DNA from: Myxococcota bacterium
Lineage (GTDB): Bacteria > Myxococcota_A > UBA9160 > JAFDDA01
Reading direction: 5' to 3'
NCBI GenBank assembly: GCA_965228475.1
Contig: OZ245817.1
Location: 960,001 to 1,024,000 of the forward strand
DNA: 64,000 nt
Shown: positions 56,271-64,000 of the stretch, piece by piece
Position numbering within the stretch: position 1 is the stretch's first letter
Layout: every line of letters begins with the position of its first letter
Notes under the pieces: generated by a model
Told to the model about the DNA's origin: nothing
The model's database searches: none
Seen by the model: the letters and a program-made list of their open reading frames with translations, nothing else
Position numbers and translations under genes: made by a program

Positions 56271-56675
56271 ATGCTTCCCAAGCTCATCGCCATCGTCCTG
56301 CTGCTCGCTACGCCCGCCGCCCTGGCGGAGACCCACGCTCGCAACGGCGAGTTCTACGCCGCGGAGAAGCGGCGGGCCGCGGGAGGGGCCGCCGTCGTGA
56401 AGACCGCGGAGGGCGCCTATCAGGTGCAGCTCTCCGAGGACTTCAAGAGTGCGAGCGGCCCGGATCTCTACGTCGTCCTGATCAAGGCCGACGCCCCGAA
56501 GAAGGGGCGTGACGTGCGCAAGGCCGGCTACGTCCGGCTGGCCCGCCTCGAGAAGAACCGCGGCGCCCAGAGCTACGCGATCCCCGCGGAGATCGACGTG
56601 GCCGACTACTCGGCCATCGGGATCTGGTGCGAGGAGTACAGCGTGCTGTTCTCCGCGGCCTCGCTCGGCAGCTAG
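56271..56675 (+). CDS. Secreted DM13-domain protein
   Basis: Signal peptide; GPDLYVVL, G.Q.Y.IP, IWCEEYSVLF. Confidence 0.85.
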   Translation: MLPKLIAIVLLLATPAALAETHARNGEFYAAEKRRAAGGAAVVKTAEGAYQVQLSEDFKSASGPDLYVVLIKADAPKKGRDVRKAGYVRLARLEKNRGAQSYAIPAEIDVADYSAIGIWCEEYSVLFSAASLGS

Positions 56676-56699
56676 CCCGCCCGGCCGGGGCTCCCGGCC

Positions 56700-58745
56700 T
56701 CAGTCCACCAGATTTCCGAACAGGATCAGGTGTCCGGACGCTCCGCCGTGGCGGAGCGTCCGGACGGCGTCGATGCGCTTGCCCTCCAGAGTCGGAAGGG
56801 GGAAGGACTGGACGGCGGCATCGAGTGCATCGGTGATCGTGCCTTCCAGCAAACCGCCATCGGCCAGCAGGAAGAGATCGATCAGATTCGGTCCGATCGC
56901 GGGGTTGTCGAAGTCGGTGAAGACGGTCGTCACGTCGAGGCTCGGGCTGCAGGGCTGGCCGGGCTCATCCGGCGCGCACAGGAAGACGTTGATGCCGAGG
57001 CGGGCTTCGCCATCGACGTCGACCGAGACGAGGTCGTAGCCGGCCTCGAAGACCACGGCGATCCGGACCACGAGCTTCGAAGAGCCCGAGACTCCCTGCC
57101 GCGCCGGGTCGGTGCGGACGTCGACGTTCAGCTGGGCGACGAGGTCGCCCATGGCGTTCGCGATGCCGTTCCCACCGCGCGAGACGATGGGCAGGGTCGG
57201 GTAGTACTGGATCTGGAGGAAGTCCTCGCAGTCGACCCCGAGCGCGGTGCAGAGGAAGGGGTCGTTCCCGAGCAGGCACTTGTAGGTCAGGTCCGGGCCG
57301 TCGAACGGTTCGCCGTCCGGGGCGTAGGTGCGGCACGAGTCCATCTCCGTCACGCGCCCCGAGAAGTGGCCTTGCGCCGCCATCTCCTTGAAGAGCGTGC
57401 TGAAGGCGGTGTCGCTGAAGCCGACGGCGAGGTCGTAGGGGAGGGCGTCCGGGGTCGGGAGCACGTCGGTCAGGTCCGTGGGTGCGGAGGTCGGCACGAT
57501 GTAGGTGTCGCGGCCGAGCAGGGGACAGAGCCTCGGGTGGTCCTCGAAGGGTTCGCCCGGGTCGCAGCGGGTCGCCGTGGCTTCGGGGAAGATCCCCGCT
57601 ACGACCGTGATGCCGTCGACGTCCTCGGGGACCCGGTCGATCGCGGCGTGGAGGTCGACGTCGAGGGACGTCCCCACACTCTGGGCCAGGCCGATCCCGG
57701 CGAGGGCGCCCTCGAAGGCCTGTGCGATGGGCTTGTCGTCGCCGTTCAGCGCATCTTCGACCGCGGTCTCGAGCGTGTCGGTGACGTCGGGGGAGGCGAT
57801 CCAGGAGATCAGCGTTCCGAGGAGCCCGCCGACGAACCCGGCGCAGTCGAGATCGGTCGTGCTCCAGGGGACGTCGACGATGGCGTCGCCCGCTTGCTCG
57901 ACGCGGACGTGGGCCGGATCGCTCGGGTCGTCGTGGAGCCGGTAGGCGCTGTCGACCCAGAACCCGGGCGTGTCGACGGCGACGTCGCAGGTGAAGCCGA
58001 TGCCCGAGAGCCGGCCGACGACCCGCAGCGTGAGATCGACGCCGTCGACGTGGATGTCCGAGTGCACGTGGTTCGTCTGGGAGTCGAGCGCGACGGAAAT
58101 CTCGCCGATGTCCTCGTCCCAGAGCTGGACGCTGTTGATCCGGAAGAGGCACGTCCCGAAGGGGCCGCCCTGGAGGCAGGGCTCCGCCCCGCCGAGCAGG
58201 TCGCTGCTTCCGACGATCTGTCCGAGATCCAGCTGGGCCGACGCGATGGTCGAGATGCTCGGCTCGAGTTCGTCGATGCCGGAATCGTTCACGCGAACGA
58301 GGACCGTCTCCTCGTCGCCGTCGCCGACGTGGGCCAGCGTCTCCGCGACGACCAGCGTGTGGAGCGCCCGCAGGACCTGGGCACCGCCGCCGCCGTACCG
58401 GGCCTCGGCGACGATCGGGTAGTAGACCTGGTTGGCGCCGGCAGGCAGCGTGAGGGTTGCGGAGTACGCGCCGGTCACCGGATCGAGGGTGGCGACCACG
58501 GCACTCTGGGGCGTGCCGACCTCGTTCCACCAGAGGCGGACGGTGGCCGTCGTGAGGTCGACGTTTCGCAGGGCGCCCTGCACGGACACCGAAGAGCCCT
58601 GGGCGCCGCTGAAGTGGAACGCGCCATGCGTCGGCGACGTGATGACCAGGGACGGCGGGCTTCCGCAGCCGGCACCCGTCGCGAACAGCGCGCTCCAGCC
58701 ACACAGGATTCCGATCCAAACGGATCTCTTGACATTGCAGGCCAT
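56700..58745 (-). CDS. Large lipoprotein, Ig-like N-terminus plus BPI/LBP-like region (paralog A)
   Basis: Lipobox GAGC; GAGGAGG RBS; VLVRVNDSGIDEL and YDLAVGFSDTAFSTLF..MAAQGHF motifs. Confidence 0.7.
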   Translation of the reverse strand: MACNVKRSVWIGILCGWSALFATGAGCGSPPSLVITSPTHGAFHFSGAQGSSVSVQGALRNVDLTTATVRLWWNEVGTPQSAVVATLDPVTGAYSATLTLPAGANQVYYPIVAEARYGGGGAQVLRALHTLVVAETLAHVGDGDEETVLVRVNDSGIDELEPSISTIASAQLDLGQIVGSSDLLGGAEPCLQGGPFGTCLFRINSVQLWDEDIGEISVALDSQTNHVHSDIHVDGVDLTLRVVGRLSGIGFTCDVAVDTPGFWVDSAYRLHDDPSDPAHVRVEQAGDAIVDVPWSTTDLDCAGFVGGLLGTLISWIASPDVTDTLETAVEDALNGDDKPIAQAFEGALAGIGLAQSVGTSLDVDLHAAIDRVPEDVDGITVVAGIFPEATATRCDPGEPFEDHPRLCPLLGRDTYIVPTSAPTDLTDVLPTPDALPYDLAVGFSDTAFSTLFKEMAAQGHFSGRVTEMDSCRTYAPDGEPFDGPDLTYKCLLGNDPFLCTALGVDCEDFLQIQYYPTLPIVSRGGNGIANAMGDLVAQLNVDVRTDPARQGVSGSSKLVVRIAVVFEAGYDLVSVDVDGEARLGINVFLCAPDEPGQPCSPSLDVTTVFTDFDNPAIGPNLIDLFLLADGGLLEGTITDALDAAVQSFPLPTLEGKRIDAVRTLRHGGASGHLILFGNLVD

Positions 58746-58905
58746 GGCTTCGTCCCCTCCTCGACGCGTCGACGGCAGTGTCTCGGGCGTCCGATTCGAG
58801 TTCTCTACTGCCTGGCTTTGCGGGCGGGCAACCCAGTCTCCGGCCCGGAATCGGTTGCTCACCTCGGGAACGGATCGATAGAAGGCATCGATCAGGAGGA
58901 ACACC

Positions 58906-60963
58906 ATGCCCGCGCCCAGCCCTCGAAGCCTTCTCGTGCTCGTCGCCATCGCCTTCAGTGGAATCGGGGGGGCCGCGTGTCAGCCCGGGCCGCCGATCCA
59001 GCTCACCTCGCCCGGCAACAACGCATTCCACGAGCTCGGCGCGACGGGCGACAAGCTCGAGGTGAAGGGGTGGGTCGACCGGAACGCCGTCGATCTCTCG
59101 ACCGCGCTCGTGACGCTCCACCTGAACGAGGTGTCGCTCTTTGGAACGCCGATTCCCGTCACGCTCGACAGCCAGGGGAAGTTCTCGGTCCTGGTCGACG
59201 TGGACTACCGCGTCTCCGGCGCATCGACCCAGCGCGGCCTGAACACCGTCTTCGCCCGGCTCCGAATCCAGGGCGACCCGCTCTACGACCGCCGGGCCGC
59301 GGCCACGTTCGTGCTCGGCGAGGAAGCGAACGTCGAGTGGGGTGATGCCGCCGACCCCGCCGTGGCGCTCCGCCTGAACGAAGCAGGGCTGAACGAGGTC
59401 GCGGGCGCGGTCTCGGGCACGCTCGAGCAGGGCGTCGACATCGCGGCCCTGATCGGCGAGGACGGAGCGGGCAACCCGCGCCAGATCCTGGACGACCAGT
59501 GCATCCCGGCGAGCAGCTGCACCTTCGAGGTGGACGGCTTCGTCACGCTGGTGAGCTACGGGACGCTCGGCGTGGATCTCGACGCGCGGGGCCCCTCGAG
59601 CCCGACGCCCTCGCAAACGCTGCTCGGCGTCGACATCTCGAATCTCGCCATCCACTTCGAGGCCTACGACGTGGCTCCGCCCTTCGCGAACGTCTACTGC
59701 TCGGGCACGATCCGCGCGAACCCGCTGCGGATGGAATCCTTCCTCGATCAGGCGCCGGCGGGGCAGGGCGTCGCGGTCAGTCAGCTCGCCGTGCAGGCGG
59801 GCCTCGCGAACTTCCAGCTGACCTTCGACGGCGACCCGCAGGACCCCCAGCTCTGCGGCTATCCGCCGCTCACGAGCTTCCTGCAGACCACACTCGCGCC
59901 CCAGCTCGAGGCGCTCGCCACGCAGCAGATCGCCGCCGCGCTCGAAGACCCGGACGGCACGGGCCCCGGCCGCCCGCTCATCGAGGAGGCCGTCGAGGAC
60001 GCGATCAACGGCCTCGCGCTGCAGCAGCAGCTCGAGCCGGACCTGCGCATGGACCTGAACGGCACGTTCACGCGCATCGAAGAGGACGACGACGGGATCA
60101 CGTACTGGACCCGGACGACGCCCATCGTCACCGCGACCGACTGCGACGACGGCGAACCCTTCCCGGGGGCGTGTCCCACGCTGGGCACTTCTTCCTACCT
60201 CGTTCCGCTCTCTTCGAACACGCCCGTGGCCCAGGCGACCGCGCCCAACGGCACGGCCTACGACCTCGGCGTGTACCTGAGCGAAAGCTTCCTCGGGCAG
60301 ATCGTCCGCGGCTTCGCGGAGGCCGGGGGCCTCTCCGGCGTGATCGATTCGCTGCCCGATTGCCCGCTCTACACGCCGGTGGGTCAGCGCGTGCTGAGTG
60401 CCGGCTGCCTGTTCCAGGACGATCCGCAGCTGCTCGCGGCCACCGGGCTGGTGGCCACGGACATCCTCGAAATCCGCCACCGCCCCACCGCGGCGCCGGT
60501 CTTCCCGGGCGGCGCCGGGCCGCTCGGTTCCCACGCGGCGCTGCAGCTCGGCGGACTCGTGCTCGACCTGCGACACCCCGCGGCCGCGAAGCCCCTGCTC
60601 ACGCGGATCCTGATCCGGCTGAACGGCGGGCTGAGCCTCGTCTTCGATCCGGTCAGCGAACGGCTCGCCTTCGAGATCGAGTACTGCACCGATCCGACGA
60701 CCTGCACGCCCGATTCGACGGCGACCGCCCTTTCTTCCGCCTTCCCGAGCCCCACGGTGTCGCCCGCGCTGCTCGATCTCGTGGTCAACGGAACCATCCT
60801 GCCGGACGTGATCCTGCCCACCCTGACCGAGGGGATCGCCTCCTTCGCGGTGCCGACCCTGCTCGGGCTCGAGCTCGACGAGGTCCAGACCACGCCGGAC
60901 CAGGGCTTCCTCGGCCTGTTCCTCGACCTCATCCCGCCGCCGCCGTGCGTGGGCTGCCAGTAG
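58906..60963 (+). CDS. Large lipoprotein, Ig-like N-terminus plus BPI/LBP-like region (paralog B)
   Basis: Lipobox GAAC; AGGAGG RBS; VALRLNEAGLNEV and YDLGVYLSESFLGQIV..FAEAGGL motifs. Confidence 0.7.
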   Translation: MPAPSPRSLLVLVAIAFSGIGGAACQPGPPIQLTSPGNNAFHELGATGDKLEVKGWVDRNAVDLSTALVTLHLNEVSLFGTPIPVTLDSQGKFSVLVDVDYRVSGASTQRGLNTVFARLRIQGDPLYDRRAAATFVLGEEANVEWGDAADPAVALRLNEAGLNEVAGAVSGTLEQGVDIAALIGEDGAGNPRQILDDQCIPASSCTFEVDGFVTLVSYGTLGVDLDARGPSSPTPSQTLLGVDISNLAIHFEAYDVAPPFANVYCSGTIRANPLRMESFLDQAPAGQGVAVSQLAVQAGLANFQLTFDGDPQDPQLCGYPPLTSFLQTTLAPQLEALATQQIAAALEDPDGTGPGRPLIEEAVEDAINGLALQQQLEPDLRMDLNGTFTRIEEDDDGITYWTRTTPIVTATDCDDGEPFPGACPTLGTSSYLVPLSSNTPVAQATAPNGTAYDLGVYLSESFLGQIVRGFAEAGGLSGVIDSLPDCPLYTPVGQRVLSAGCLFQDDPQLLAATGLVATDILEIRHRPTAAPVFPGGAGPLGSHAALQLGGLVLDLRHPAAAKPLLTRILIRLNGGLSLVFDPVSERLAFEIEYCTDPTTCTPDSTATALSSAFPSPTVSPALLDLVVNGTILPDVILPTLTEGIASFAVPTLLGLELDEVQTTPDQGFLGLFLDLIPPPPCVGCQ

Positions 60964-61119
60964 GCCGGGCGCGTTTGCGGCGCTTTCGGGACGCGATTCA
61001 TCACGTGCGTTCTGGATTGCGCGTCGCTCGTCGACCTCGCGCCCTTCCAAGCAAGCCGATTCGGTTGAGGGCCCCAATCCCTCGCCGTAAACCGATCCTG
61101 CGAAACCGGAGAAACGCAG

Positions 61120-64000
61120 ATGCCCAAGCCCCATCGACACGAGACTCGCAACGTTCGCCGCTACGCGGCGGTCTTCTCACTCGCCGTGCTCGGCGCCCTG
61201 GCCGCCGGGCCGAAGTGCGGGAAAGGTCCGCCGAGCCAGCTCGACGTGGGTCGTGTTCCCGCGATGAGCGGCGTGACGTCGCAAGGCAGCGCGAGCTACG
61301 AGATCCCGATCACGGTTCCCCCGGGCACCCAGTCCATGGTGCCCTCGCTCGCGCTCTCGTACGACAGCGCTTCGGGGACCCGGTGGATGGGCGAGGGGTG
61401 GTCCCTCACCGGTCTGAACGAGATCGCGCGCTGCAATACCACGATTCCCGTCGACGGCTTCGTCTCGGGGCCGGACCACGGCGCCGACGACGTGTACTGC
61501 CTGAACGGCGGGCGTCTCGTCGAGGTCGGGCCGTCCGGTTCCGTCCAGGAGTTCCGGCCGGAGCTCAACCCGGAGATCCGCGTCCGGGCGACCTGGGGCG
61601 TCGTCCCCGCGATGAACGGCCCGGTTTACTTCGACGTCGAGCTTCCCGACGGCACCAACATCCGATTGGGCGACACGGCCGATACGCGACTGGTCCAGGC
61701 CAACGGGCCCTTCGACATCGCCCACCGCTGGGTCGAGCGGGAGCGCTCCGACGCCTCCGGGAACTACTTCGTCGTCACCTGGGCGAGCGACGGCGAGACC
61801 GTGATCTACCCCACCGCCATCCACTACACCGCCAACAAGCGGACCGGCCTCGGCGCCTACAACAGCGTGCACTTCGATTGGGTCAACCGGCCCGACGACC
61901 CCGACGTCCATTGGCTCGGTTCTTCGGGGACCCGCTCCGTCCGTCTCGAGGGGATCCGGACGCTGGCCCACGACGACCCCGATCCCGTGGCCACGTATCA
62001 GCTGCGCTACGAAACCTCGGGTCTTTCGCGCGTGTCTCGGGTCGTCGGCGTCACCGTCTGTGAGGCCACCGGCGTCTGCCTGCCGGAGACCACCTTCGAG
62101 TACTCGGACCGCGCCTTCGCGGCCTTCGAGCCGGTGCACTCCCCGGGGACCGTCCGTTCGGCGGTGATCGGTCCGGCCAACACCTACGGCCGCTGGGTCG
62201 ATTGGAACCAGTTCTTCAACGGCGTCTCGAGCATCGTGACTTCGTTCTTCCCGCCCAACAACATCGCCTCGGGCGCGTACGGCGTGTATCTCGCCGTGAG
62301 CTCGTTCAAGTCCTATCACAAGCCCGTCGACATGGGCACGAGAGCGCCGGTCGATCTCAACGGCGACGGCTTCATCGACACCGTGTTCGTCCTGCGCGGC
62401 GATTGGAACGGGCCCGCCTTCGACGAGGATCCTCGGACGACCGTAGGACCCATCATCTGGCACGTCGCGCTCAGTGCGGACGCATCGAGGCAGGTCACCA
62501 CCCGGATCGTCGGGTCCCCGATCTACGCTCCGCTGCTTCATCCCGACGACGACGACATCCAGTTCCGCTACCAGACTTCCCTCGGCGACTTCGACGGCAA
62601 CGGCCGCACGGACATCATGACGCTGCAGATCTACGACCACGCCGATGGTCAGAGCGGCGATTCGTCCCATGGTGAGATCCGCTACCACGTGAAGTTCGAC
62701 GACAACCAGCAGCGTGGCAATACGATTCCCACCAACTGCGCGCGTCACGCCTGGTGCGGCGTCTCCTGGCTCGATTACAGCGGGGACGGCAACGACAACA
62801 AGATCATCATGCCCGGCCAGTACGACGGCGACGGCCGCATGGACCTGATGGTGCTCGGCGACGACTACTTCGCCGATGGGAACAACGCGAACCTGAACGC
62901 GCGCATCTACACGTCGAACGGGACCGACATGGTCCACCGCTCCATCACCTTCGACCTCGGCTGGTTCCAGTACCCCCAGGCCGAACTCTGCCGCAAGCCC
63001 GTGGATTGGAACTGCGACCCGACCCCGACCCGCAACGTCTTCTTCAGCGGCGACTTCGACGGCGACGGTCTCACGGACCTCGCGATCCGCGAGCAGTACC
63101 AGGGCTTCTTCCAGCAGGGAGCGCCGCTGTACCACCCCGCGGGCCCGGACCGCGTTGCGCTGTTCGCGACCGAGATGCGACCCGACGGCGCCGGACATCG
63201 CCCGGAGGTGGAGTTCGTCGGCCGCTTCACGATCGCGTCCGTCGACGGCGCCTACCAGCGCCTGTTGACGATGGACGTGAACCGCGACGGGCTCGACGAC
63301 ATCGTCGAGCTCTACCCCGAGTATCCGGACAAGGAGAAGGCCGTCATCTGGCAGTCGACCGGGAGCGGACTCGCCCGAGCAAACGCCGTCGCGCAGGATC
63401 TCGGCGGCTGGGGCGAGCTGGCCGCGCGCGAGGGGCACTTCGGCTACACGGTGGGCAATTTCACCGGCAAGGGACCGGGCATCGTCAAGATGTGGTGGTG
63501 CCGGCAGGCCGGCAAGGACTGGTGCGCCGAGGTCTGGAACGCCCACGGCGACGGCGCCGGCTTCTACCGCAGCTCCAACGACCCGCTCGTCTATCCCCTG
63601 GCCAACGCGACGGCCGACGATCTCGACACCTTCATGGCACTCGACATGGACGGCGACGGGCTCGACGACATCGTCGCCCTCCGGAACGCGCCGGCCCTTG
63701 CCGAGCGCCGGAGGACGACGAACTTCGATCTCCGCGCCGACGTGATGTTCAACGACGGCTCCGAGATCCCCGATCTGTTGCTGGCCGCGACGGACGGTTT
63801 CGGGAACCGCGTAGAATGGGGCTACGAGTACGGCGCGACCGAAGGCGTTCACCGGCTCATCGCCCCTTCCGCGAACGACCCGTTCCATGTGGGAGCGCTC
63901 GCGGCCGGGACCGTCGCGACCACCGACCACGACACGCGTCCGCGCCGCGCCCTGGTCGCCGAGCGGATGCTCTTCGGTGCCGACGACCTGGGGACCCCGC
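61120..64000 (+). CDS. SpvB/TcB-like toxin-shell protein with FG-GAP repeats (probable RHS protein), 3'-truncated by window edge
   Basis: Missing from the ORF track because it has no stop; GGAGA RBS; GSASYEIPITVPPG...PSLALSYDS...GEGWSLTG, CLPETTFEY, six DxxxDGxxD-type repeats, PDLLLAATDGFG. Confidence 0.88.
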   Translation, partial: MPKPHRHETRNVRRYAAVFSLAVLGALAAGPKCGKGPPSQLDVGRVPAMSGVTSQGSASYEIPITVPPGTQSMVPSLALSYDSASGTRWMGEGWSLTGLNEIARCNTTIPVDGFVSGPDHGADDVYCLNGGRLVEVGPSGSVQEFRPELNPEIRVRATWGVVPAMNGPVYFDVELPDGTNIRLGDTADTRLVQANGPFDIAHRWVERERSDASGNYFVVTWASDGETVIYPTAIHYTANKRTGLGAYNSVHFDWVNRPDDPDVHWLGSSGTRSVRLEGIRTLAHDDPDPVATYQLRYETSGLSRVSRVVGVTVCEATGVCLPETTFEYSDRAFAAFEPVHSPGTVRSAVIGPANTYGRWVDWNQFFNGVSSIVTSFFPPNNIASGAYGVYLAVSSFKSYHKPVDMGTRAPVDLNGDGFIDTVFVLRGDWNGPAFDEDPRTTVGPIIWHVALSADASRQVTTRIVGSPIYAPLLHPDDDDIQFRYQTSLGDFDGNGRTDIMTLQIYDHADGQSGDSSHGEIRYHVKFDDNQQRGNTIPTNCARHAWCGVSWLDYSGDGNDNKIIMPGQYDGDGRMDLMVLGDDYFADGNNANLNARIYTSNGTDMVHRSITFDLGWFQYPQAELCRKPVDWNCDPTPTRNVFFSGDFDGDGLTDLAIREQYQGFFQQGAPLYHPAGPDRVALFATEMRPDGAGHRPEVEFVGRFTIASVDGAYQRLLTMDVNRDGLDDIVELYPEYPDKEKAVIWQSTGSGLARANAVAQDLGGWGELAAREGHFGYTVGNFTGKGPGIVKMWWCRQAGKDWCAEVWNAHGDGAGFYRSSNDPLVYPLANATADDLDTFMALDMDGDGLDDIVALRNAPALAERRRTTNFDLRADVMFNDGSEIPDLLLAATDGFGNRVEWGYEYGATEGVHRLIAPSANDPFHVGALAAGTVATTDHDTRPRRALVAERMLFGADDLGTP

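Noticed and set aside
61012..61028. Sigma54 motif upstream of the toxin-shell gene
   Set aside because: GG-N10-GC spacing is present, but flanks (TGGAT, TCGC) match poorly and such spacing is common at this GC content
56965..61140. 1391-aa minus-strand ORF
   Set aside because: Shadow of the two lipoprotein genes; low-complexity Arg/Gly/Ala composition
61177..63930. 917-aa minus-strand ORF
   Set aside because: Antisense to the SpvB/FG-GAP gene, which carries the recognisable motifs

Overview
Very high-GC bacterial chromosomal window with about 60 supportable CDS. I saw no rRNA, tRNA, CRISPR array or transposase. PEP-CTERM and Cys-Gly C-terminal sorting tails, the rpoZ type and sigma54 usage suggest a Myxococcota/deltaproteobacterial lineage (inference). 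Most genes are lipid/redox metabolism (F420-type LLM oxidoreductases, CYP130-like P450, thioesterases, acyltransferases, a molybdopterin enzyme), envelope proteins and regulators. Main signals the ORF track does not explain: (1) an ORF-free locus at 3.9-4.3 kb that looks like two tandem small RNAs, where a sigma54/IHF-driven hairpin RNA carries the exact 13-nt complement of the C-rich seed of the second RNA, and the same target word lies in the 5' leader of a nearby PEP-CTERM operon; (2) an unannotated UxxC selenoprotein with a SECIS-like hairpin; (3) a recurrent Cys-Gly + TM + basic C-terminal sorting motif; (4) a divergent pair of BPI/LBP-like lipoproteins beside an SpvB/FG-GAP toxin-shell gene; (5) an operon of two Rieske-fused enzymes; (6) a B12 photoreceptor (CarH) locus with no carotenoid genes; (7) divergent sigma54 promoters for hemerythrin and cytochrome c genes, plus an in-frame triple amber repeat; (8) widespread leaderless promoter architecture. 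All family calls come from reading motifs by eye, not from database searches.
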